The notes: generated by a model not told the origin, from the sequence alone. Shown: positions 25,453 to 40,043, counted from the first letter of the stretch. The stretch: 64,000 nucleotides of DNA from Parasitella parasitica NRRL 2501 (GCA_025201805.1 MU619384.1:13458-77457), one strand, 5' to 3'. Translations and numbers: made by a program.

Positions 25453-26119
25453 CAGTATTAAAATAATTATCAAACATGCCGACAAAATAGCTCCTGCTTT
25501 GTCAATGTACCACAAGCTGAACAGAAAATCGAGACTCTCGAATGCTTGAGTATAATAAAACAGCTTGTTGCTATGTGATAAATTAATTTGATTATGATTG
25601 CCACGACAACAACTTTAACTGTATGATCCTATATTAAATTTTTATATCCTGATGCAAAGAACTAACAAACATTTATCCATTGAGCTTGTTTTTTAGACAA
25701 TGATGATCCATTTGGATGGCTCATACATGACGAATCACCAATTAGGTTCTTCCTTATAGGCTAACTTTCAGACATCATGTATAGTGCCTGAATATCTTTG
25801 GCACACATTAGCTCAAAACGTACGTTGATATCACGGCCAAACTCTGAAACCTATCAAACATTCAAAGGCTCGCCTGAATCCGAGAAGTCTGAATTTAGCT
25901 CCTTGATGTACGGACTCTTAAAATAGTCGTGTTGAGGCACCATATAAAACGGGACAAACGCATCTGTTCTTTTTGGATAAAAAGAACCCTCCCTTGATTT
26001 ACATTATATATATATATATATCTATATTCGTATCGTTCGTATAAAAGAGACCATTTTCATTATTATTTTTTACATCTTTCCTCCTTCCTCTTTATTTTTT
26101 AACGCTAAAAAATCAACAA

Positions 26120-29052
26120 ATGTACTATAGGTCTTGGATATCATGCATTTTTATATCCACTGTGTTACCATTTTTGATACTAGGTAGTAACCTTATATAT
26201 TCCGGCACGCACCACACATAAAACAATAGTAACAAATTTTCACAGGGCACAGTTTCCATGACAATCAATTAAATAGAATCGAGTCGATATCGAACTTAAA
26301 TGTCCAGATTGCACCTAGATCTCGAACTTTTTTTGAGAAAAGATCCCAATCAGCGAATCCAGAACGCCAGTCAAAAAAACTCGAACATGACGACTCAATT
26401 CGACTTTCGTTGAACGCCTACAATCAAACATTCTATCTACATCTCGAACCAAATCTTGATTTATTCCATCCTGAAGCTGTTGTGCACCATAATGGAGAGA
26501 CTACAAGCCAGCGTATTCAGCGACAGGATATTCTGGTTTATAAAGGCCATGTTGTTCAGTCTTTTGATATGGATAATCGCTGGATCCAAGAAAAAGCAGG
26601 TATCTTGCAATTTAATTCAGAGGCAACAAAGCTTGGATGGGCCAGAATATTGATACGACATGATTTAATGTTAAAGTGAGGATTGCATCTGTACAATAAA
26701 AACAAAAAAGGTTATAGATTCACTTATATTTACATATATACAGGCACAAAACCGATCAACCTATCATTGAGGGTGCATTCAAGATCAAAAACGACATCTA
26801 TCATATAAAATCAACTGCGAATTATAACCTTGTCAAAAGATCCGTAGATATTGCCGCTCTTCATTCGGATATGATGGTCATTTATCGTGATTCTGACACG
26901 CAGCAGCAGCCACAACAACAACAGATAGTAGCATCCAAATCACATGGATGTGGATTTGACAATCTGCTTCACAGATCACTCGTCAAACGAGGAGACGAAC
27001 AGTTGCAATCAAACAATGGGTTTACCAAGCTGACTGGTCAGGGGTGCCCTACCACCAAAAAAAGTAATTATTGTGATTCTCCCTCATTGCAATTAATTTA
27101 TTACTAATGAATATATTTGTATGATATAGTCAATTATATGGGAGCAGGTAAAAATAGATGACAAAAATAAAACAAACAATTTACCAACTACCCTTTAATT
27201 TTATCAGCTGCCGATTGCACTTATGTCCAGTACTACAAAAGCGTTGATAATGCGAAAACTCAAATCATCAATAATTTTAACATGGCCTCTGCTGTTTTTG
27301 AAGAAACATTCAACATATCACTTGGTTTGATCAACATCACAATCATGGACCGCAGCTGTCCCGCTCAAATTGACAAGAATGTCGACTGGAACAGAGCCTG
27401 TAATGGCAGTTACTCTCTGGGAGATCGACTGAGCGATTTCAGCCTTTGGAGATCAAAAATGAGCAACGATGGAGCGGGTCTTTGGCATTTGATGACAAAT
27501 TGCGCGTGAGTATATATGGTTTTATGATTTGATTGTTAGTGCTGACCAATATACAAATTAATAGCACGGGGGTAGAAGTAGGTTTGGCCTGGTTGAAACA
27601 ATTGTGTAATACAGATGCAGCTGCCCAAATCAGTTCAGACGGAAAAGAGCACTTTGTTTCCGGTACTGGTGTATCTGCAATAAGTAAGCCCAAGCATCTA
27701 AACAAGCACTTTTTTTTTTTTTTTTTTATTGACAAACATTATTAGCACGAGACGAATGGAAAGTAGTTGCACACGAAATTGGGCATGGTTTTGGTAAGGC
27801 TCAAGATGTAAATATCCAAAAGCTATGTATGATTAACGAGTCTTTATATTTCTCAGGTGCTATCCATGACTGCACAGCAGACGATTGCCCTTGTGTGGGC
27901 GAAGATTGCCAATGCTGTCAGCTCAGCTCAAATCAATGCGATTCAAGTGGGTATTTGATGAGTGCACTTAGCAACAGATCTGCAGAGACATTCAGCCCAT
28001 GTTCAGTCAATACCATCTGTAACGCCTTTCCTGGTATCGGGTCTTGTTTAGTTGATGCAAACGACAAGCTTCATCAAGTCTATCAATTAAATTCGTGTGG
28101 CAACGGTATCCAAGAAGAAGGCGAAGAATGCGATACGAATGGCGTCGATACAGCGTGCTGCGACGCTACAACCTGCAAATTGAAACCAACTGCCGTTTGC
28201 GAAGACTCTAATCAAAGCTGCTGTCAGAGTTGTCAAATCAAGCCCAAAAACGACCTCTGCCGACCAGCGTCATCCCCCTGTGACCTTGAAGAGTATTGTA
28301 CAGGCAATTCAGCTGAATGCCCAGCAGATGCATACGTACGAGACGGTGCAGCATGCGGATCAGATGGCTATACATGCGCTTCCGGACAATGCACTTCTCG
28401 AGATGAGCAATGCCTTTCTCGTGGTTCGGTGCTGAATGTCACGCAATCCTGTATGCGAAACAATGAAGAGTGTAGATTGTTATGTAATTCGCCTAGTGGC
28501 GACAAATGCTTGATGTTCAGTGGCAATTTTATCGATGGTACGCCTTGTGGGTTTGGAGGTAGATGTCTTTCTGGCGATTGTCAAAACGGTGGGCCTATTG
28601 GCAGCAGCATGCTTTATCTTGGCGACCATAAAAATGTAGCCATTCCGATTGGAATCGTTGTATTTCTAGTGATATCTGCCTTTGCGCTTCTCTTGTTCTG
28701 GCTTGGATGCTGTCCTTGCACAGGCTGCAAAGAAAAAAGACCAAGAAGAAGTGTGCGAGCTGCCAGTTCAGCCAGCTCACATTACTACTCCCATAGTGGC
28801 TCTATGGATTTACCTGACTATGCTGAATTCGTCCCAACGACAAAATTCGGTGAACAAGTGAAACATTCGCTAGATTTCATGACGCCACCGCCTTACACCT
28901 CTATCAGCACAGATCAACAGCAGCATCAGACTAAAGAAAAACGCAATCTAAACGATTCAACATCTCCTTGTCCATCATCGTCGTCTTCATCCTCCAGTTT
29001 GGCGGCAATTGTAAATACTGAAGACACAACGAAAACCGAAAAGAATGAATAA
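26120..29052 (+). CDS. ADAM-family (reprolysin + disintegrin) membrane metalloprotease, multi-exon
   Basis: Signal peptide, then prodomain (FYLHLEPNLDLFHP), AADCTY, and the spliced zinc motif HEIGHGFGAIHD. Disintegrin reads CGNGIQEEGEECD...CRPASSPCDLEEYCTG. Cys-rich domain and TM helix IPIGIVVFLVISAFALLLFW follow. Confidence 0.93.
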
Positions 29053-29154
29053 TGATGTAAAAAAAAATACCCTTTTGTAACATATATAATGTAGTCAATT
29101 ATCATAGAGTTTATTCAAATAAAATTAAATATTACCCCTCCCCCCCCAACCCCG

Positions 29155-30708
29155 TTAGGAAAGACTTTCGAGAACAGTTGCTAACGTTTTCATGTCGTCT
29201 CTTATGCTCTTTGCAAATCGAACGACCTTTTCCTTGTTGTCTAATACTTCAATTGTCTGCGTAAGTGCATTGTATCTCACAGAAAATGGTCGATTCATTT
29301 TAGCTGCAAAATCCCTCACTTTCTCTTGCGCATCTTTGAATGATTCCGCTACAAAGTAAGTCGGCTGAAATTCTGTAATGGGGTATTTTTGAAGCGCAGT
29401 TTTCGAAGGATCGAATGGCTTAAGTTCAGGTTTATCCGACAACGCATACTCGAGCTCACCAAACGAACTTAATAACCCAGCGCCGTAGGCTTTCACTTCT
29501 CCATCTTGACGGCACAAACCAAACTCCACTGTAAACCAGAAAATAGTAGCTAACTTGGATATATCCTCGTCTGAAGCACCGAGAGATGCCAGACCGATTT
29601 CTTGAGAAAAGTCGGCAAAGTCAGGATCAGCAAACTAAGCATAAAATATTTAGTCAACTGATTGCGACCACCACATGTACATGCCATATATATGTAAAAA
29701 AAGCAAAAAAAAACAAAAAACTTACTAATGGAACATGACCTAGCAATTCATGGCAAACGTCAGGCTCCGGCGTGTAAAATGGCTTTGAAGAGTGTCTGAT
29801 GTATTGGGTAGAGTAGAAAATTCTGAATGCAAACGAATTCAAGAAATCGCGGCTGGATAACAAACCCATGACGGGGCGAATAGTGAAGCCTGTGCAGTCC
29901 TTTAGGAAGCGAGAGATTTGCTCGATTTGCGGAATTTTCTTTTCATTGTAGCCACAATTTTGGATCAAAAGAGGCAGCACATACTGATGTTCACGGCATG
30001 CATGTGTCGGGTACATGGCAGTCAATCCACGGAAGACTTTGCCCCAAGTCTCGTTTTCTTCATCAGTGTACTCGATCTCAGGAACAGACTGGCCGGTACG
30101 ATAGGTCTTTGCAATGCGAGTGATTTCGGCACGGCGGGCACGATAAACAGGATCATTAGCACCGGGATGGTCAGAGCCTATTGCCTCATGTTAGCATTCA
30201 CGATTACCGTGGGAAAAATGTATACTTTACTGAGTTCTTCGCCCATTTCCAAGACCTTGTCGGCAAAAGTGTCCAAATCTGTCAGCTTGCGTGGGAACCA
30301 AGGGACGCTATCTAAAGAAAAGTTTCGCACGCTCAGTATAATCAAAGACTGACAGGCCATCATTAGATATAATATATACCTCCAGTGGTACTGTCAGATC
30401 CTATAACACGCACGTCTTTTGTATGCTTGCGAAGACCTTCGACGACATTGGCTACTTGCATCGCATCCTTGGCATCAAAGTCAACAAAAAAGTCGTAATC
30501 CCACTCTTGGGTGCGGCTAGGACGACTACATGGCACGGTGAATATGGCATAAAAAAAGCATCCGTGTTCAGACTTACGATTCAATACGAGTGAGGGAAAT
30601 GTCCATGGCCTTGATGGCGGCCAAGCAGCTCTCAAGGCCTCCGATCTTGTCTTGGATGGCAAAACATAGGGTAGTTTTCAGATTCTGGTTGGTGTTGGCA
30701 GGCGACAT
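29155..30708 (-). CDS. PAH: Phenylalanine-4-hydroxylase (ACT domain + biopterin-dependent aromatic amino acid hydroxylase)
   Basis: ACT domain ([12 protein letters not shown]...DYDFFVD), then [19 protein letters not shown] and GLLSSRDFL. The iron-ligand motif is [17 protein letters not shown], followed by FTVEFGLC and [14 protein letters not shown]. Confidence 0.95.
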
Positions 30709-31497
30709 TTCTTACTGTTTGCTAATGAAGAAAAAGAGAGTAAAAATAGAAATAAATGAGAGGGTTTTTATGGAGCATCAGCCGGAAAGGCTTTGATTTG
30801 CATTTTGCCACGATCACGTGCGCATAATTGTTGAACCCTCTGTTCATGCAAATGATGTCAGAAATTTAATTGCTTCAAGTAAGCGATACATTCATTAACT
30901 ATTCAAGAGTAATGTTCACACGATATCTTGCGCAGCACAAAACAAGCAATCACTGTAAATTCCTGGGTCAGCGAGGCAAAAAGTTACGAGTGCATTGCTA
31001 ATCAGTAGGCCCTAGATTTCAGTGGTCGCCCGAATTTTGATGCAATGCATGATGCTTGTCAGCTTCAAACATGCATGTCGTATTAGCCAATGCTAGACAG
31101 GGTGCATACGCTGCCTTTCGTGTCCTCGTAACAATGCAGTCATCCCCAGCAATTCCACAGCCAGCCTCAACAGGAAAATAAATATGTTGATGCATCTTCT
31201 CAAATTCCATTATGCTGGGTGATTTTCTATAGCTTCACAGTGGAGTGATGGGACTTCATGTTCACTCGGCAATTAGTGATGTCAAGCGTATATAGTTTCT
31301 TCCAGAACGCTTTAGTATTGGTATACTTTGAATCAGTACTTTGATCATTTTACAATTGATAAATTGTCGTTCTACTGGTGTACAGTGATTCTACACAAGT
31401 AAACAACTTTTATTTTGTATCATGTTGCAATTAATTGTATATGCTTGAGTGCAAGCAGTAGTAGTAGGGTATGCATCATCCTAAAGACATATTGTCT

Positions 31498-33636
31498 TTA
31501 CTCTTTTCTATTGTCATAAACTTCTGTAATGGACAGAGTATTTTCATTTACAGCCTCGTTTTGATGATCATCGTTGATTTCTTTCTTGTCCAAAGAAGCA
31601 GCAGTTGTATCCGACTTGACGTTGTTCATGTCTTCTCTCATAACATAAGCCTTAAGCCCTAATGTGGCCACTAAACCAGCAGCAGCAAACGCAAAAGATC
31701 CCCAAAAAGACATTTTTACGGCCTGCATATATGCATCCAATACAGTAGACCGTGTTGGCTCTGGCAAACTCCACACATAAGCAGAGCTTTGTCGCACCTG
31801 CTCAGGAACCACTCCTGGTAGTTGCAAAGCACTTAACTTGGTAGCCAAGGTATTGGAGAGTATACTTCCTTGCGCTGTAATGCCTGTGATGCCCCCTACC
31901 TGATCACAAAAAGTCATAAATGCTACCATGGACGACACGCTGAGTAAAATAAATTAGGCTTGGATATTGTGTTACGTGGAATGATTATACATAAGGACTT
32001 ACTGTTCAATGAAAACAGATGCCTGTGCTGTAATGATCTCACTGTTAATCATGCCACCACTGCCAATGCCTGTCACCACCATCAGTCCAACAATCAGTCC
32101 ACGACTCGAGTCAACTTTCAGCAATTGCAAAAGCCCACACGCAATGACAAGTATGCAAAGTGAGCTCCTCGAGGCCCATGTGTAGGTTCCAGTTTTGACG
32201 ATAGCAAGCCCTGTAAGCACATTAAAGATACAAGCCAACAGTACTAGACATAGCAGTTCCAAGTTAGATGCCATAGACGGTTCTTGCCGTATCACCGAGA
32301 GATAGAGAGGAACGTAGGTCATGAGAGATTGAAAGCATCCACCGTAGCAAAATGCAGCTATCAGAATAAGCACAGAGCTGCGATTTGCAAAGATCCCGCG
32401 GGGGACGATTGGATTCTTTGCCATTTTTTGTTCATAAACGCCAAAGATGATCAATAATACACCGGCAACACATAATAAAGCGATGATCACAGCATTGCTC
32501 CATGCGTAAGTCGTTCCTCCCCAACTTAGCGCTAGCACAAGACAGACTACACCGCCGCACCAAAGAAACACACCCACGAAATCAATCTGACTTGGTTGCT
32601 CGCTATAGACATTGCAATGGCCTTCAATGGCAACGAAAATCAATCCTAATGCAACAACACAGCTACGAAAGATGTCAGTTGGCACTTTTCTTTGCAAGAT
32701 CCACGAAGCTCGACTTACAATCCAAGCTACAAATACGAATCCATTCGGTATAATTAGAACGGCACACATGTACTAGTAATGCACACTTACAGCCATCCAG
32801 AAGACCGATCTCCAGCTAGTATTTTCTGCAGCAACACCGCCTGTAATCCATGGCTCATATTAGTCATCACATGCCGGTTATGACAACATGCTACATACCA
32901 ACAAGGGCTCCTACGACGTAGCCCAAGCCCCAAGATATCCCCAGCATGGATTGATATATGCCAATATATCGAACAGGTATATAGTCTATATACTCAGTCT
33001 GCATAAACAAACTTGACGACCAATCTTCTACTATTTCCCATTAAATACCTGCCACTACAATCTTCATCAGCGTGTCGAATGCGCCTATACCCAAACCACA
33101 CAATGCACGTGCAACAATCAGCATCACCATCGATTGTGCCGCTCCACAAAGCACTGCGCCTATCAGGTAACTGCATGTAGCAAACAAGAAGCAAATCCTT
33201 CGGCCAAACATATCTGCACATTTCCCATACAAAGGCTGTGATGTCGATGCTGTTAAAAGAAAGGCCTAATATCAGCATTTTGGGTGTGTGAGTATATCTT
33301 GGATTTGTGATTATTAATCGAGAGTCATGATTCATACAGTGTTGACCCACCCATATAAACCAAAACTATTGAATTCTATTGCGCTCATCAGTACACCCCA
33401 CTATACATGTCTGGATCATACTTGCCTGAAGCTATTAATGGCGTGTTGCTCGCTACAATAATGTTGTCAAAAGCTGCCAAGAACGAAACTACGCATAAAC
33501 TTGCTAAAATAATGAATATGGCAGGAGTTTTTCTGTGCTGCTTTCAGAATATGACAACTCACGATGCAATAGTCAAGTAGAGTCGCTTCGATGATGTTTT
33601 TTGACCTTCTAAATCATGATCTGTTTGTTGTATCAT
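31498..33636 (-). CDS. MFS drug:H+ antiporter (DHA2/14-TMS type), multi-exon
   Basis: FLAAFDNIIVA, 'YGKCADMFGRR' (MFS motif A), ARALCGLGIG, IDFVGVFLW, ALSWGGTTYAWSN, and many hydrophobic helices. ATG at 33636 inferred from splicing. Confidence 0.85.
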
Positions 33637-36600
33637 TTTTTTAGCTTTGTTGAAAGAAATAAACTTTATTCCATGAAGGAATTTGTGAACTTCATATATA
33701 TTGCCAATGCTGCGTTTCAATTCTACAGAACGACGATGATGCTGCCAGCTGTACCTGACCTCTCAACATTGCCAGCACCAAGACATCTTGCAGCCGAAAA
33801 AAAAATTATTGCACTTGAAATTTTGCAGATTAATCAGCTATTCTCACACAAACAAAGGTAAAAAAAAAAATGAAGCCATCCAGTTTCACACACTATCATA
33901 TAGATTAAACCCTATCCAGAGTAGATTTCTGCATGTTTGGATATGTTGCAGTTTCTCCATACTTGATCTGGAAAGATGGTGATAGTCTGGTCCCTCCTTC
34001 ACAGTTCTACAATCGGACATGGTGTTCCCTTCAAAACATTTTTATGCGGTTGCAAAGTGAACACATGTAAGCAAATGTCTATCAAAAGCGTGCTAAACTC
34101 TAGTTATACCAGCTTACATGTATGATTTTCTAAAGACTAGCAAGCAAAATTTCTCGCACATTTAATCAATGAATGTGTTTATTGTTTGACATGATTATTT
34201 AAAGAATTAATGCGAGCTAATGTTAATTGTAGAGAGAGTATTGTGTACTGCATAGATGGAAGTGTCCACGGCCTAAATAAGACCTATGTAGCTGGAGGAA
34301 ACAGTACACAATGTCGAGAGTCTACATTTCTATAAAAAAAACAAAATTGGAAATTGCTTGACGAACTGAGGACCAAAAACAAAGGGCTCAAGCTAGCAGT
34401 AGACATGTTTTGTAAAAGTATCAATGATACCAAGGCTATCTTTCAGTTTTATAAAATCCCAAAAACTACTTCAAAAATTTGTTTTTATTCAAAAATATGG
34501 ACAATGTTGAAAACGCTGCTTACATATATCCAAAATTGACAAAAAGCTGTTGGATTGAGGTAATTTTATGCCTTACTTGATAAAAATGCAGATACATTTA
34601 ATTATCTCAATCAGAGTATATACTAAACAAGAGAATGCTTGAATACAGCATCTTTTTTATGAATCTCTAATAAAACAGAAAATTTTATTGTCGAAGCCAT
34701 AAATTAAACATTGGGCATTGAAAGCTAGTCTATACTTATAAAGTAATTCAGAATTATAACAACACGGACACTTTGTTCTATGCAAAAGTTAAATAATGAT
34801 AGACAACTTGATGGCCTATATCTCCAGATTCCCGTTATCATCCAAATCCTCCATTGATTATTTTTCAAGAACAGAAATGGCTTATGTGTAACTAGGAATT
34901 GAACCCTGATAGAAAAGGTTAAGGGCCTTTTTAGATAATGGATGATTTTTCCCCCAACGATTTCGAGCTAGCAAATCTTTATTGTTCTATAGTTTCAGGA
35001 AAAAAAATAGAGCAAACGCTCTGTTACACCAAGGTTACTAGTGTATGTCGTATTGTGTCGCACACGTGCCCATATTTATCAAACAATCAAGCTTATACAA
35101 TAAATAGAGAAAATATCAGATTAAGATACTATGTACACGCATCGGATGTACGCATTATGTAAGTAAAAAGCATATGCACACATGCATATAGCATTCAAAC
35201 ATGACAGGATTCAAGCACAATCGGGAAGCATAACAATCCTTATCTCTCTCCACAATGTCTATGCTAGAACATGTATTTACCACAGACGAACACAGCCAGA
35301 CAGAACTACCGACTTTCCCCGGATCTTTCATTCAACCAATAACCATGTTTCCTTTGCATCCTGATATGTATACATACACCAAGATAATTAGGTGTGATAA
35401 CGCGCGGAGTATGCATTGCGAATTGGATGGAAGCTCAGCATTTGTTGTGTTTTTGCTTGACCTGTTTTGTTAATTGATAGATATCACAACAAACCGTTTG
35501 ATTGGTGTAATCGCCTCTAATCTCGTTTGGATATTATATATACAATAAAGAATGTTTGTGGTATAGGCTCAAATGCGCTTAAACCACCATAATCCGACTT
35601 AACTTTATATAGAGTATACTTTGGATGAGCTAAAAAAAGATTAGTGAGAAAGTCCAGCCCCTCTGATTTGCATGGGAGATTGTACCTTTTTACTGGGGAA
35701 AATTAGGATGATTCCAGCGTGCTTTGAACAGATCAAGATACATAATATAACCTTGATCATGTATGATTATGATATTATGATGATGTAGCGGTATTACAGC
35801 AAACTCCTATACACAATGTTATGCACGTTTGTGTAGTATAAACAGTTGTAAATGTATACATTTAAGTGTGTGCGTGTGAGCGTTGTACTGTTAGCCAAGA
35901 TATGAAACCCAAAAGATACAATCTTTGATCTATAAACGTAATATATTAAAAAAAAAAAAAGTTGTTTGTTATAGAAGAAGGAACAACAGTTAAGCCTCTT
36001 TATTCTCTTGCTTGTGTGAAAAATACATATCATAATGATCTTGTTGAGCATGAGAAGATTTCTTGCTATAAATTTACCCCACAAAAACAGCCAAATTTAT
36101 TTGTTTTGTGGCCATTTCACTAATATAGCAAAGAAAATAAAAGTTTCAAAGAGATGTTCTCATCGAGAAATGGCATACATTCCTCCAACAATTCCTTTCA
36201 TCCAATAATCTGCTTGTAAGACCTCTAGATAACAAAAATCATGTACAACCATCGTTTATGATTGCGTGTTTTGTATAATGTCTGTAGTGTACTCCTTACA
36301 GTCTGAGTTTTTTTTTTATCGGCAGCGATCTCTTGCTAAAATATCGATAAAAAAGTTGATCTAGCTACCACTGTGTGGTCCGAGTGTGAGAAGACATCAA
36401 AGTTCAATCTGATGATATGGCACAGTATATAAATAAAATGGTAATCTAAATAGGAGCGTTATAATCACCAGCTTAAACATATTTGATCAGATTAGCGACA
36501 AATAAATACACAAATGTTATCATCCTTGTATAATATTGTTTGTTCTATCAACTATCATATATGAAACTGGATGCAAAAAAAAAAAAAAACGGTAATCAAG

Positions 36601-36906
36601 GAAACATAGCCTGATTTAGAAGATGAAAAACTCGGTTCGTTTCCTATATGCAGCAATCTTGGTGTATGAGAAGAATTACAGGAACTATACCTAATAATAT
36701 ATTGATTTAATCCATCAACAACAAGCCCGGATCAACGGGTTGACATCCCGCAGGATAACAAAATGGTTTTAAGCATAAAGAACATTGACAACATTTTATT
36801 TTGGTATGATAATAATAAGGAGAATAGCAATTGTGTATGCATTGTAAGAAAGAGGCAAGTATTTACAGTGAAAACAGTGGTATGAGAGAGAAAAGAATCT
36901 TTTTTT

Positions 36907-38091
36907 TTAAGAAAGAACAGCAGATGGAGAAGTTGAAAAAGTACTGTAAATGGGGTTGGAATGGGAATTGTAAAAGCAATACTTGTTGACGAAATCAGAG
37001 TAACTCATTTGATATCCTTCCGCCGAGATTGGAGGAGAAGCAGGGGGTTTAGAAGCAATCGCAATAGGTTCAGACTTTTGGTATGTAACAGCAGCGTCGA
37101 CAGCAGCAGGAGCAGCATCGAATTGGTTGGAATCACCAAAGAATACGGGAGGGGTATAGTTGAATATCTCGGTATCTACAGGAGTACCGGGTGGAGATGG
37201 AGGGGGAGATAAAGGCTTACGAGCCGCAGTAAGAGAAGCAGTAAAGTCGTATCTTCTACCCAATATCTTTGTCGTCTCTTTGTTTTCTCGGGCAGTGTTA
37301 TCAGTAGCGACGGTAGACGTTGTAAAAGTGCTGGTAGGTGTATTGTTAGTGATGGAAGCCTGTTCTTGTTTATTATCCATGAGTTTGCTGGTATCAGTTT
37401 GTTTAGTATCAGTACTTGATTCATCAGGAGTCATGATAACTTGATAATTCATGCCATTATTGTTATCCCAGTATTCTTGATCGCCCACAGTATATCTCAA
37501 TGCAAAATAAATAGTTTGAGTTGCTTGCTTGGCCTCAACAGGAATGGAAAAGTAGAATCGATCCCAAGTGTTTGATGTGCTTGCAATAGACTCGCGGTAT
37601 TCACCGGTAATTTCTGAAAACGTGCGCCACAAGTCCAGAGTGTATCTGATCGAGACCAGTTTGTGAAATGATAGATTAGCAGCTCTGCAACGGCCTTGCA
37701 GAACGAGTTTATTATCTGTCATGTGCTCAACATCACCGTCTATCAACTGCACTGCTTCCATGCGGATCTTGTTATCAGTACAGTAAAATATTTGGTTTCT
37801 TGTGGGCCAGTTGGGCTGTGTCAACTTGTAATCCTCTGCGGAAGTATCCATTGAGGGTGGATCGCTCTTGACACTAAGAGGCGATTGCGTTTTATAGAAA
37901 TAGCGAACTTGCTCGAGCTGATCTTGATCATCATGGAATCGAACAGATTTCCTGTTGGAAGAGTATTTCTGTTGTACAACAAAAGGATCATTGATCTGAT
38001 GTGTAGAGCGCTTTAGCATGACTCTTTTTTTGTATTGATGAAGCATTGGGTTTATGTAGTGGACATTGGTTGAGGATATTGTGGATGTCAT
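36907..38091 (-). CDS. Protein phosphatase 1 glycogen-targeting regulatory subunit (CBM21; Gac1/PPP1R3-like), intronless
   Basis: RVxF-type motif KSVRF. CBM21 motifs NLSFHKLVSIRYTLDLW, WDRFYF and FALRYTVGDQEYWDNNNGMNY. Confidence 0.92.
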   Translation of the reverse strand: MTSTISSTNVHYINPMLHQYKKRVMLKRSTHQINDPFVVQQKYSSNRKSVRFHDDQDQLEQVRYFYKTQSPLSVKSDPPSMDTSAEDYKLTQPNWPTRNQIFYCTDNKIRMEAVQLIDGDVEHMTDNKLVLQGRCRAANLSFHKLVSIRYTLDLWRTFSEITGEYRESIASTSNTWDRFYFSIPVEAKQATQTIYFALRYTVGDQEYWDNNNGMNYQVIMTPDESSTDTKQTDTSKLMDNKQEQASITNNTPTSTFTTSTVATDNTARENKETTKILGRRYDFTASLTAARKPLSPPPSPPGTPVDTEIFNYTPPVFFGDSNQFDAAPAAVDAAVTYQKSEPIAIASKPPASPPISAEGYQMSYSDFVNKYCFYNSHSNPIYSTFSTSPSAVLS

Positions 38092-40043
38092 GGCTGTTTA
38101 GCTTATATGTATGTACAGGTGAGAGAAACAAAGAATAAAAAAAAATAAGAAGTAGGATTGATAGGATGCGAAAGAAACGGATAAAGCAAATAATAATCGC
38201 TCTATTTATAAGAAAAATAAACCAAGGCGAATATTTTAGAGTTCGATATGCTCGTTTCACCAACTCCAGAGAATTTGCTCCGTTTATATCTGATTTTGTA
38301 ACTGTCTGGACCTTTTTCTTGTAGTTGTACAAGATATATCTATACAGAATAATTAAGAAACTCCAAGTTTTATTTACTTACTCTAGATAGATATTGCGCC
38401 AAGTTCTCACACAATATCTTACTTTTGTTACACCTACTTGTTGGTTTTTTTTTTCTATCAAAATCCACCATTAAATGGAAAATTTTCTTTCTTTTTTTTT
38501 TTTTATTTATTTGAAATGGCGTCAAAACTCAATGGAAAAGATGGCCTGAGTGTTTTTTGATTCAACTTTGCATTGTAATCAATTGGACCATTCAACCATA
38601 AAAAGTCTTTTCTCGGGGAATACATCTCTCTTTTTGTCTAATCGATAAATAGAAAGGTGTGATAATAAGGTTTTTAAAATTTTACCTCTCCTCTTTTTTT
38701 TTAAAAAAAAAAAGTTGAGACATCAAGCATGGCATAAGGGTCTTCCCGCTCATTTCCCGTATATATTAGTTATACAAAAAAAAAAAGAAAAACAGTGTTG
38801 GGCGCATTGTTATGTATCATGCGAATCGATCTTGTGTTCAATTGTTATTTTGTTTGGTAAAATGGAATACTCAAACAAACATTACAATGCGTTCAAGAAT
38901 ACTCTTTGCTTGCCCTGTATTTTTCCTTTTCTTTCAGGTGAAACATTGGAAAAATAGTGTCTCAAAAATTGAGCGATTTGAGTTGAACACGGCTATTATC
39001 ACAAGTTTTGTTACAATTATGCAACCTTTCTTCCTAAATTATAACAATATTTATCGGATGACAAAAAAGCTGTATGATAGTAAAGTGTCAAGAGAAAAAA
39101 ATAATGGTATGCAGTTGAAACAAAAAGAGGCACTCATGGAATTTACTCATTTATGCATGAGTTTATGAAACAAGAAATCGAATTGCATTTGATTGATTGA
39201 TTGCAACGTACCATGTGCAATAAGGATAAATTGCGATATTTTACTGTGGTAACGATATTACATTATAGCGTGGCGATCACTGTCTTGAATTGATAACAAA
39301 ATGTATGCATAAACTGCTCAATTTTAGGGCCTACCATCATTGGCATTTTCGCAGCATTGGTTCCTGGCAATCCCGACACAGATATGCTGCCATATGGTAA
39401 CTGAGTGGATTTTCAATATTCTATCGCAATTTCTCATTTTATCGCCGCATAAATCTAACATCTAAAAACACTCTAATCAGAGATGGATCATATATTGAGC
39501 ATACTCCTTTGTACCAGATACATTACAAAAATAGCATATCTTTATTTTTTATAGGGTGATCCCATATTGGATCTGCATTAAATAACTTTTTTTGGTTAAG
39601 TGTATTATGTCTATACCGTTATATCCAAACAACACAAGGTCTTCGTAGACTTCTGGACAATGGCTTGTAGATCTTGTGCGACAAAAATGCCAAATCGATA
39701 AGCAGAATTACGCTTGCACCTACATTCACCTTGTTTGATTTGATATGAAAAACACGATACAGGAATATTTAGGAGCATAATCACCCCAGTTTTCTTCTAA
39801 AAAATACGACACATATTTCTCAGTGCTTCTTCTTCTTGAGACATAGTTTATTTTCTACATAGGTATATGATACATGATACAAAAAAGTAAGAAAAAAATA
39901 AAAAATAAAAAAAAAAAAATGAAATGATAGGGAATATCTGGTATAGATGATAATGTACAATATATCACATCTCCGAACAAGCAGCGGCAGCAGCAGCAGG
40001 CTGTCGCGATATTGATCCTCCTTTTACGATTGGACAATAGGGT

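Noticed and set aside
31019-31210. 63-aa Cys-containing ORF between PAH and MFS
   Set aside because: No recognisable motif or signal peptide. It cannot be distinguished from a chance ORF.
22857-33636. GT4-ADAM-PAH-MFS as a biosynthetic gene cluster
   Set aside because: There is no backbone enzyme (NRPS, PKS or terpene synthase) and the functions are unrelated.
34878-34945. Minus-strand GGTTCAATTCC (B-box/T-loop-like) suggesting a tRNA
   Set aside because: The T-stem is mismatched, and no A-box, D-arm or acceptor stem could be built.
39228-39432. 11-bp inverted repeat aaattgcgata
   Set aside because: It does not extend, has no target-site duplication, and is plausible by chance in AT-rich DNA.
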